A stretch of DNA of 21,847 bases, taken from Fonticula alba ATCC 38817 (taxonomy: Eukaryota > Protista > Nucleariida). Within the stretch, counting starts at the first letter, position 1. Every line of letters starts with the position of its first letter. Of this stretch, positions 10,335-18,573 are shown one piece after another. The notes beneath the pieces were generated by a model. The model made no database searches. It was not told where the DNA came from and saw only the letters and a list, made by a program, of their open reading frames with translations. Position numbers and translations under genes: made by a program. Location: NCBI GenBank assembly GCA_000388065.2, contig KB932205.1; one strand, given 5' to 3'.

Positions 10335-12082
10335 ATGCCCCCCAAGTTCGATCCCACTGCCATTACTATCGGTACATGCCCGCCGTGACATTTCCTCCTC
10401 CTCTTCTTTTTCTTTCCCTCTCGCCCGTGTTGCCGCATCGTCCCCTCCTCTCGGCCCCCTGTGCTCACACACGTTCCCCCTCCGCCTCCCCCCCACCTCC
10501 CTTCCCCTTCTCCCCGGTTGTCTCCGGCCGCCGTCTCCCTCTTCCTCCCTTTCCTCCTCTTTCTCTCCACGCCTGCCCCTCCTCTTTCTCTCCACGCCTA
10601 CCCTTCCTCTTCTCCTCGCCCTTGCTTCGCCATCTCCCTCTCGCATCGCCGCCGCCGCCGCTTCCCCCCCTCGTCTGTCATGCTCTCTCCCTCTGGCCGC
10701 CTCGCTGAACAGTGAACCTCCGTGTCACCGGTGGTGAGGTTCCCGGTGGTGCCACCCTGGCCCCCAAGATCGGTCCCCTCGGTCTCGCCCCCAAGAAGGT
10801 CGGTGATGACATCGCCAAGGGTACCGCCGACTGGAAGGGTCTGCGCATTACCGTCCAGCTCACTGTCCAGAACCGTATGGCCAAGATCGCCATCGTTCCC
10901 TCTGCCTCTTCCCTGGTCATCCAGGCCCTGAAGGAGCCCGTCGTCGACCGCAAGAAGGTCAAGAACAGTGCGTTCCACTTCCTCGCTTGCCTTGACACAT
11001 GCGCCTCTTCACTTGGGTCCCTCCGCTTCTCTCTCTCTCTCTCTCTTTCCTTCCTGGGGTCGGTCCTGTGCTGCTCGTTCGCGCGATCCTGTCAATGTGT
11101 GGCCGTTTCCTCGGGAGGGGGAATGCTCGTTGCTGGGGCACGCCTGTCTCGCATCCCTCCCGGGAATTGCTCCCCAGCGAGGGCGGGGAGGACTTTTGCA
11201 TGCGCGCCCGCGTCACCCTGTCGGATGCGTCTTGCATCCGACCGGTGTCGATGCCTGCGATGTGTCAGTGCAGGGGGCCCTCCGGGTCTGCGCGCGCGTC
11301 CCATGCAGGGGTGTTTGCCTCTCCTTCTCGAGGCGTTTGCAGGTTGTCCCCTCCTCGGTCACGGGCGTGTGTGTCTTCCTCTTCCTCGCCCCAGGAGGGA
11401 GGCATACCGCGCCCGGGTTTCCTCCGAGGCGAAGGAGCGCCAGAGGGCCAAGAAAAGAGAGAACGAGAGAGAGAGGGACCTCGGAGCAAGGGTGCCCCAT
11501 GAGAAGAGGCGCCCATTCTTTCCCGCTGTGATGATATGCCCTCGGGCAAAGCATGTCCCCCCAGTGCCGCGCCGGAGCAGGCGCACATCCCTGCATCCAT
11601 GTGTGTGTGTGTGCGCATCCATGCTTGACAGTGACTAATCCCCTCTCCGCCCTTGTTCTTCCCCCTCTTTCTCTCCCCTCCCGCGCGCGCGCGCTCAGTC
11701 GTTCACAACGGCAACGTCACCATGAAGCAGATCATCGACATCGCCCGCATCATGCGCGAGCGCTCCATGGCCAAGACCCTGACCGGCACCGTCAAGGAGA
11801 TCCTCGGTACCGCCTACTCTGTTGGCTGCACCATCGACGGCATGTCCGCCGCCACTGCCACCGAGAAGGTCACCAGCGGCGAGATCGAGATCCCCGTGCG
11901 TGTTTCGCTCTCTCTTCGTTCTCTTTATTTTCGCCGTGTTCCCGTCCACTCCCCCGCGCGCGCGGCGCGGCCCCCCGCCCCCCCCCCCCTCCCTGCTGCC
12001 TCGCTTCTCTGCTACCCTGTGCTGACCCTCCTCCCCCGTCATCTTCCTCTCCCTTCCCCCCCGTCGCTCGCAGGAGGCCTAA
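10335..12082 (+). CDS. RPL12: 60S ribosomal protein L12 (uL11); exons 10335-10371, 10713-10967, 11699-11895, 12074-12082
   Basis: Spliced CDS is 37+255+197+9 = 498 nt = 165 aa + stop: [22 protein letters not shown]...[21 protein letters not shown]...[10 protein letters not shown]...KKVKNI-VHNGNV...[19 protein letters not shown]...EIEIP-EA*. All three introns are GT-AG and in phase. Strongly biased codon usage. Confidence 0.97.
11401..11590 (+). ncRNA. Candidate intronic H/ACA snoRNA in RPL12 intron 2
   Basis: Hairpin, then AGAAGA (ANANNA, 11502-11507), then a hairpin with basal GCGCC/GGCGC stem, then ACA (11585-11587). The guide pockets fit only partially. Confidence 0.2.
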
Positions 12083-13039
12083 ATTTCTACAAAACTTCGT
12101 TGGGACTCACTCGACCTACTATTCCACACTGTTGTGTGTCTCTTTCACCCGGAAACCCAATACATGTGGCTGTGTCTCTCTTGCCCCTCCTCCCTCTGCC
12201 GCCTCCCCCCCCCCTCTCTCTCTTCCCCCCTGTGCGCGCGCATGTGCGTCCTTTGCGCGCGTCCCACGACGCTGACGGGCCCTCCCAACGTGTGTCCCAT
12301 TTAGTCTCCCTCCCCACGAGGGGTCGCCCTCCTGTCGTGTGTCCCTCTTATGTGCCTCTTTTTGTTGGGTTGTGAGGGGGGTGTGCGGGCGGGGGGGGGT
12401 CACGCAATTGCCCGGCGTGCGCATGTGCCACAGGCCAATGTCCGGGCGTGCGGTGTGTATGTGTGTGCGCCCACCGCCGCTTGTGTCGTCTCCATAGGTG
12501 AAGTACCTGGGAATGGGGCGCCATGCGATTATTTCGAACGGGGTGAGGGAGGGGGCGTCAACCAGGGGGGCGCCCCCGGCATGAGATGAGGCGGCGAGAT
12601 CGGCTGGGGGGGTGCCTCACGCCGGGGGGAGAGGCGACAATGCCTCTCCTTCCTCCTCCCAGTAGCCCGCAATCAATGTCCCCCTGCCCGGGTGCCCTTG
12701 CATCGTGCTGCGGCTCATGGCCCTGTCCGCCTGCCAGTCGCTCTGGGTCCCGAAGAGGGGGGGGGGTGACTTTCAAGGAGGGTGGATGGCCGGCCAAGAT
12801 GCCGGCCATAACCGGTAGTCCGCCACGGGAGAGGGCTATCCTTGCCTTGCCTGTTGGCCGTCCGCCGCGGCTGGAGGACGCGGCCCAGCCCCGACCGGCT
12901 GCCGGGTTCTACATGACCAGCACCCATGGGCACAGAACAATTGGCACTACCCTCCCGGGGCTCAACTCGGCCGAGCCAGTTAACTCATTCGTGGGCAGTT
13001 CTCTCGTTCAGCACGGCCATGGTGTCCACCTAAATATTG

Positions 13040-13047
13040 TATATATA
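13040..13047 (+). promoter_or_regulatory. TATA-like element at about -30 of tRNA-Ser(AGA)
   Basis: TATATATA at -33 to -26 in a GC-rich background. AT-rich elements sit at similar positions before all three tRNA-Ser(GCT) copies. Confidence 0.5.
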
Positions 13048-13072
13048 CCATTTAGCGCCCATGTAACTCCAC

Positions 13073-13154
13073 ATCACCGTGTCCGAGTGGTTAAGGAGTC
13101 CGATTAGAAATCGGATGGGCTCTGCCCGCGTAGGTTCAAATCCTGCCGGTGATG
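13073..13154 (+). tRNA. trnS-AGA: tRNA-Ser, anticodon AGA (IGA after editing), 82 nt, intronless
   Basis: Full cloverleaf: acceptor ATCACCG/CGGTGAT, D-arm TCCG-AGTGGTTA-AGGA, anticodon arm TCCGA-TTAGAAA-TCGGA, long variable arm GGGCTCTGCCC, T-arm GTAGG-TTCAAAT-CCTGC, discriminator G. TTTT at 13160-13163. Confidence 0.97.
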
Positions 13155-13480
13155 CATCCTTTTGGCCCCGTCCCGTTGTTTTTTGTTGGCGGCACTTCCC
13201 GCGGCGGCCGGCTAGAGAGAAGTCCCTCCGGTTGCATCCTACCCCCCGCAATACAGGCGGAGAGGGGGGGGGGGCGGAGACAGCGGGGCCGGCGGGCGGT
13301 CCCGTTCAGCCGACCGCGGGGCGCGTCTGGGCAGGGGCGCGGGGGCCGGGGAGGGGCCGCGACACGCGAAAGCACCATGTCGTGTCGCGTTGTCTCCCCC
13401 TCGCCCGAGCCTCTGTCCGGCGGATGGTTTGATGGCCTCCGGCTTGTGTAGATGGCAGCCACGGGGGGGGGGGGGGGGGG

Positions 13481-13646
13481 NNNNNNNNNNNNNNNNNNNN
13501 NNNNNNNNNNNNNNNNNNNNNNNNNNNNNNNNNNNNNNNNNNNNNNNNNNNNNNNNNNNNNNNNNNNNNNNNNNNNNNNNNNNNNNNNNNNNNNNNNNNN
13601 NNNNNNNNNNNNNNNNNNNNNNNNNNNNNNNNNNNNNNNNNNNNNN
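13481..13646. other. Assembly gap (N) upstream of the TRAPPC13-like gene
   Basis: N run, preceded by a G homopolymer. Confidence 0.99.
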
Positions 13647-13719
13647 CCCCGCCCACTCTCTTCCTGTCTTTCTTTCTCCCCCTCTCCCCCTCTCCCCCTC
13701 TCGCGTTTGTCAGCTCGAA

Positions 13720-16170
13720 ATGGACCCACTCGGGGCTCATGCTGCCCAGATGTCAGCTGGCCCGGGATCTGGTCAGCCCTCGCCCGCGCCCCCGCCGCCG
13801 TACGCCCAGCCAGCCGCCGGGCAGGTGGCGAGCCCGCACCGGAGTAGCCTGTCGGCACCGGGCCCCACGGCCGACGCCGCTGCTGGGGCCCCTCCGGCGG
13901 GCGCCGGTGCCGTGGCGACCTTCGATGACCCGCTGCCGACCCTGCATATCCGCGTCACGCGGAATCCGCATCCATGCGCGCCCTTCGCCCTGCGCACCGG
14001 GGCCGCCGCCGGAGCTGCCACTGCCGGAATCGGCGCCTTCAACCTCCTCCCCGGGGGGCATCTGCTGTCGGTCGGCCAGTCGGTGACGCACGCTTTCTTT
14101 GATGGGTTTGCCGGGCTGCCGCGGCCAGCGCCAGCGGGGGCTCCCTCCCCAGGGCAGCTGGCCGCCGCGACGGCCGGCGCCGTGCAGAAGGCCTGTCGGT
14201 CGGCCTGCACCGATCTCGAACCCTACATCGTCTCCCAGCCGCGCATTTATGTGGATCACCAATTCCAGGCGTACATCTCCCTGAGTCTGTCGGACACCGG
14301 GCGCCCGGGGTCTGCGGCCGGTCGGTGGTTCCTGCGCGAGGCGGCCGTCCAGGTGACGCTCCTCCACTCGCAGGGCCGCAACACGGACCTCCGGCCCCAG
14401 CCGCTGCTCAACACATCGCTGCCATTGGCCCCGGTGGCGGACTACCCTCGGCCGGGGCAGTCGCTGTCGGTGTCGGTGGCCCTGCAAGTGCCCCAGGAGT
14501 TCGCCATCAGCCATCCGATTACCAGCCACGGGGTGCGACCTCTCCCTTGGACGGGTGTCCCGGCTGGTGAGGGGGCCTTCCTTCCCTTGGCCCGGCCCTG
14601 TTTGCCATGATCCCTGTCCCTCTGCCTCTGCCTCCCCCTCCCGGTGTGCCTGACCGTCTGTCCCCTCCATCCCTTCCTCATCTTCCACTGGTCTTGGTCG
14701 GCCCGATCACCTTCCAGGACTACTCGCTCACCTGCACGGTGCGCGCGAATTACGTGGCACTCAGCCCCGCCGGTGCGGTAATTGCCTCGCGAAATGTCAC
14801 ACACAATGCCGATGCATACCGCTTCACGGCGACCCGGCCCATTCGCATCTCGCAGGTGATCGTGCCCAAGCGCAAGTACGTGCCAGCCGGGCCTCTTGAT
14901 GATCCGCCGTCGCCTCCTGGCATTCCCTCCCCCCCCCCCCCTTCCCCTGCCCACCTCCTGCCGTCTGCCTGACTGACATCCCGACGACACGTCTCGCCCC
15001 CATCACCTTCTCCGCTCCTCCCCCCCCCCTCCCCCCCCTCCACCTCCCGTTATTCACCGAATCAGCAATACCACCTCGCTGATCGACGTGGCCATCCAGA
15101 ACACCTCGCGGCGGATGATCTCCATCGACAGCGCGTCCTTCGAGGTGCCGAGCCAGTTGCGTGATGTCATCGAGTGTGTGGCGTATGGCCCGGCCACCGG
15201 CAGCACGGGCGCCACTTCGGCTGGCCAGCCGTCTCCCAACTCCTTCGACGCGCTGATGCGCATGGCGGCCGACACCCTGGGCGACGGGGCCCGGCGGCGA
15301 CAGGGCTTCAGCATTCAGCCGAATGACTCGGCTAATGTGGTGTTCGAGGTCCGGCCCGTGGGCATGGAGCAGCATCAGCGGCAGGTGCCACCTGCCCAGG
15401 AGCAGGGTGATGTGTCCAGTTCTCGGGCAGTCGGCCCGATCGAGTGGTCCACTGAGCTGGAGACCCGCGCCAGCTACAATGTCAAGGATCTCGGCCTGTT
15501 GAGTCTGTCCTGGAGCGGGCCAAATGGCATCGACGCCATCCAGGTGACGTTGTCCGGTTTCAACAAGACGGTACGGGCGCGCCCTCCCTCCCCCCTCCCC
15601 CTCTCTGCCCCTCTCTGCCCCCTCTCTGCCCCCTCTCTGCCCTTGGGCTTGCGAGGATGTATTGACAGAGCAGTTGTTCCCTCTCCTTCGATCGTCGTCG
15701 GGCCCAGCTCCTCAACCTCCCGCCGGTGGAGGTGACCCTGCTGCCAGATCCGCACTGGCCGACGGGGAGGCCCATGCAGCGGGATGTCCCCCAGCTGCGG
15801 CTCCTCCGGGTGCGCAACACGACGCCCCTGCCGGGCGGCCCACTGGCCGGGGCCAGTCATGTACTGGTGTCGCTGCGATTCCTCATCCGGAATATGTCCG
15901 ACGCGTTGGTGGTTGGGGCGGTATCGGACGCCGCGCGGATCTCCCTCGCCGGGGCCCTCTGGACGCCGGACAGCGGCCCACCGAGGGCCGAGCAGTTCCA
16001 CACTGTGAAGCTCAACGGGGCTGGCTGGACGCCGGTCAATGTGGGCATCATCCCGCCCGGGGCGTCACGCGCATGCCCTGTGATGGTGCGTGTGCTTGGA
16101 AATGTGTCGGCGCGGCATGCTCCTCCGTGTGGTTTCTCTCCCTCTCTGTCTCTCTCTCTGTCTCTCTCTG

Positions 16171-16206
<36 letters not shown>

Positions 16207-16468
16207 GGTCTTTACTTCTGGCTGCTTCCCTTACCCCGTTTATCCCCCCTCCCCCGCTGCCGATGGTGCACCGACCCTGGCGCCTTCCATGGACAATGTG
16301 CAGGTGACCGGCTTGCGGCCCGGCTTTGTCAACTTGTCCGGCATCAGCGTACTATGTACGCCGGTGGAGCGGGCTCCTGGCGACCAGGTAGTCTGGCGCC
16401 CGGTCCCCGGACAAACCAGTCGGGCATCCTCCCCCGAGAACATTGGGTCGATCTTTGTGTCGTCTTGA
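13720..16468 (+). CDS. TRAPPC13: TRAPP complex subunit 13 (TRAPPC13/Trs65/DUF974 family)-like; exons 13720-14532, 14718-14875, 15066-15570, 15708(or 15669)-16085, 16304-16468 (~672 aa)
   Basis: The phase-consistent GT-AG model gives blocks colinear with TRAPPC13 as I recall it: TLHIRVTRNPHP (~LALKVMRLTKP), IYVDHQFQAYISL (~IFLGETFSSYISV), SHG|DYSLTCTV (~EIGTHILVCAV), YRFTATRPI (~FKFQVLKPL), IDVAIQNTS (~LEAQIQNMT), IQPNDSANVVFEVRP (~LQPMDTRQYLYCLKP), LGLLSLSWSGPNG (~IGKLDIVWKTNLG), GFVNLSGISV (~GLQSISGLRL). The start codon is tentative because an acceptor at 13713 implies an upstream exon. Confidence 0.75.
15597..15642. repeat. Four copies of a 10-11 nt unit CCCC(C)TCTCTG in TRAPPC13-like intron 3
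   Basis: Seen directly. Confidence 0.75.
16135..16205. repeat. Compound (CT)n/(CA)n microsatellite in TRAPPC13-like intron 4
   Basis: Seen directly; boundaries approximate. Confidence 0.85.
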
Positions 16469-16800
16469 TGGGGGCGTCCTGTGTGGGCGCGTACATCCGG
16501 CGAGGGGAAGCACAGACAGTTGCTCCCTGCGCCGCGCTTGTCATGAATGCACAGCTTTTCCCTTGCTGTCCATGTTGTTTCTTCCCCTCCTGTCCTCCAG
16601 TGTGGGTCCAGGGGGTCTTGTGGCGCAGGGAGCCCCATGCATGGAAGCGGAGCTTCTGGGGTGGAGAGGGGGGGGGGAGGGGGCAGGGGGCAGAGGCGAA
16701 GAGGGTGGTCCCCTTGCCAGCGGATCCGAGGACGCGTCAAGGGGGCGGCAATAAAGAAAAAGGAATTTAAGCCAGGACGGGGGCCCATCCCCCATCAATT

Positions 16801-16882
16801 GGCGCTTTGTCCGAGTGGTTAAGGAGCCAGCCTGCTAAGTTGGTGTGCTCTGCACGCGCGTGTTCGAATCACGCAGGCGTCA
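16801..16882 (+). tRNA. trnS-GCT: tRNA-Ser, anticodon GCT, copy 1
   Basis: Cloverleaf: GGCGCTT/AGGCGTC acceptor, TCCG-AGTGGTTA-AGGA D-arm, CCAGC-CTGCTAA-GTTGG anticodon arm, variable arm GTGCTCTGCAC, GCGTG-TTCGAAT-CACGC T-arm, discriminator A. TTTT at 16888-16891. Confidence 0.95.
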
Positions 16883-16936
16883 CATTCTTTTGCACTTGGG
16901 CCCCTCCCTTTCTTGAGCCCCCTGGTACTGGCTGCG

Positions 16937-17039
16937 NNNNNNNNNNNNNNNNNNNNNNNNNNNNNNNNNNNNNNNNNNNNNNNNNNNNNNNNNNNNNNNN
17001 NNNNNNNNNNNNNNNNNNNNNNNNNNNNNNNNNNNNNNN
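16937..17039. other. Assembly gap (N) between tRNA-Ser(GCT) copies 1 and 2
   Basis: N run, followed by a G homopolymer. Confidence 0.99.
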
Positions 17040-17265
17040 GGGGGGGGGGGGGGGGAGGCCCGTATCCACGGCTGTGGCTGTACGCGCCTCGCCGAGTGTG
17101 CTACCGACGACACCATCTTCGGGGCCGGCATTCATTCTCCCGCCATCATTCCTCCTGTGTTGTGCTCTCCTTCGTGTGTTTGAAGTGAACTAGAAGTGCC
17201 GCTGCGAAGGCACCTAAAACCGAACATGCACATATAGGCTAGACGAGGGTGCGGAGGTATCAAGT

Positions 17266-17347
17266 GGCGCTTTGTCCGAGTGGTTAAGGAGCCAGCCTGC
17301 TAAGTTGGTGTGCTCTGCACGCGCGTGTTCGAATCACGCAGGCGTCA
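17266..17347 (+). tRNA. trnS-GCT: tRNA-Ser, anticodon GCT, copy 2 (identical to copy 1)
   Basis: Same 82-nt sequence as 16801-16882. TTTT at 17355-17358. Confidence 0.95.
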
Positions 17348-17608
17348 AATATCATTTTGCTCGCTTGAGGCCCACCTCGGGGCATGATGTGCCCTGCGCG
17401 CCGGCACACACAGGCGGAGGAGAGAGCCGCGCATATACGCGAGAGAGAAGAACAGACCTTGTTGGGTGCCCTCTCCGGGGTGCATAACACATATGTACGC
17501 TGATATGATGAGCGTGTTTATCCGAGAGGGGGGGTATCTTGTTTTTTTTTTATTTTTTCCTTTTTACGTGTGCCAGTTCTTTTTCCTCCTTCTGTTGAGA
17601 TGTATCCG

Positions 17609-17632
17609 CACACACACACACACACACACACA
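17609..17632. repeat. (CA)12 microsatellite between tRNA-Ser(GCT) copies 2 and 3
   Basis: Seen directly. Confidence 0.9.
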
Positions 17633-17724
17633 CGCGCGCATAGGCCGATCCTTCTCCCAGGAGGGGAGAGAGCCGAGCGGAGGGGGCGGAGGAGGTTCCC
17701 CAAGTGTGGGATATCCGGAAAATG

Positions 17725-17732
17725 TATAAATA
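17725..17732 (+). promoter_or_regulatory. TATA-like element (TATAAATA) upstream of tRNA-Ser(GCT) copy 3
   Basis: TATAAATA at -38 to -31 relative to tRNA base 1. Confidence 0.5.
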
Positions 17733-17762
17733 GATGACATCGGGGTCCTGCTCCCATCAAGT

Positions 17763-17844
17763 GGCGCTTTGTCCGAGTGGTTAAGGAGCCAGCCTGCTAA
17801 GTTGGTGTGCTCTGCACGCGCGTGTTCGAATCACGCAGGCGTCA
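17763..17844 (+). tRNA. trnS-GCT: tRNA-Ser, anticodon GCT, copy 3 (identical to copy 1)
   Basis: Same 82-nt sequence. TTTT at 17853-17856. Confidence 0.95.
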
Positions 17845-17908
17845 TATATTTCTTTTGCCCATCCTTGCGGTCTTCCCCTCGTACACAGATGCGATCGTGC
17901 GGGGGCGT

Positions 17909-17988
17909 GTGTGCTTGCGTGCTTGTATGATTGTGTGCTTGTGTGCTTGTATGATTGTGTGCTTGTATGATTGTGTGCTGGTGTGCTT
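17909..17988. repeat. 8-bp short tandem repeat, 10 in-register units of GTGTGCTT / GTATGATT variants
   Basis: Read directly: GTGTGCTT GCGTGCTT GTATGATT GTGTGCTT GTGTGCTT GTATGATT GTGTGCTT GTATGATT GTGTGCTG GTGTGCTT. Confidence 0.9.
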
Positions 17989-18573
17989 GTGTGTGTCCGT
18001 GTATCGGCAGCTGATGAGCACACATGCGAGACAGGAGAAGAAGGGATATTATGCTCTATATATTATCATCGGGTGGAGGGGGAGAGGGGGTTCCGCATCT
18101 CCCTTGCCCTCGCGGCGGAGGTTGTCAGAGGAACGGTGATTTGTGTGTGCGCGTGCGTGGGCGTGTGCGTGTGAAACACAAATATGGGCGGGGGTGCCGT
18201 ATACACATGCACATGCACATTACCCGGCTGTCTGGTGCTGGAACAGGCAGAGGGAGAGAAGGATAGAAGAGGAGGACGCGGCAACCGCGGGTAGGTATGA
18301 TGCTGCTCACCATGCACCGGGCGTGCGTGTGCGCGCGCACGGGCGGCTCAAGGACAGGGGGATATCTTTATGGCATTTGTGTGTGCGCGTGTGTGCAGGT
18401 GCGTCCGAGTGCGCCGGCATGGGCACACAGACACATACACACACGCACGCAAGTCAGCACAGGGGGGCGCAAGAAGGAACAGATGGGCGAGTGAGGAGGG
18501 CACGCTTGGACGGGCATGTCCTTCTCTCGTAGCTCACACCGCCCACCGGATGACAGGGCTTAGGGTGTGCCTC

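Noticed and set aside
11528-11534. Perfect C box GTGATGA in RPL12 intron 2, next to a near-complement of LSU rRNA (TTCTTTCCCGCTG)
   Set aside because: No downstream CTGA D box or terminal stem. The rRNA complement lies upstream of the C box, needs a bulge, and is plausible by chance.
12975-12982. GCCAGTTA, complementary to the LSU rRNA sequence before a snR34-type pseudouridine
   Set aside because: No H or ACA box at 14-16 nt and no enclosing hairpin; an 8-mer match is expected by chance.
12586-13432. Plus-strand ORFs 12586-13107 and 13079-13432 (also 16807-17193, 17272-17487)
   Set aside because: They run through or start within tRNA genes and have no protein-like features.
5021-16468. Possible membrane-trafficking cluster (Rab GAP plus TRAPP subunit)
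   Set aside because: The genes are separated by unrelated genes (DUF4211, RPL12), and trafficking genes are numerous, so co-location is unremarkable without synteny evidence.
17505-17511. C box ATGATGA between tRNA copies 2 and 3
   Set aside because: No D box; followed by G and T runs.
16801-17844. Three identical repeats with unique spacers resembling a CRISPR array
   Set aside because: The repeats are 82-nt canonical tRNA cloverleafs, the spacers are ~400 nt, the context is eukaryotic, and there are no cas genes.
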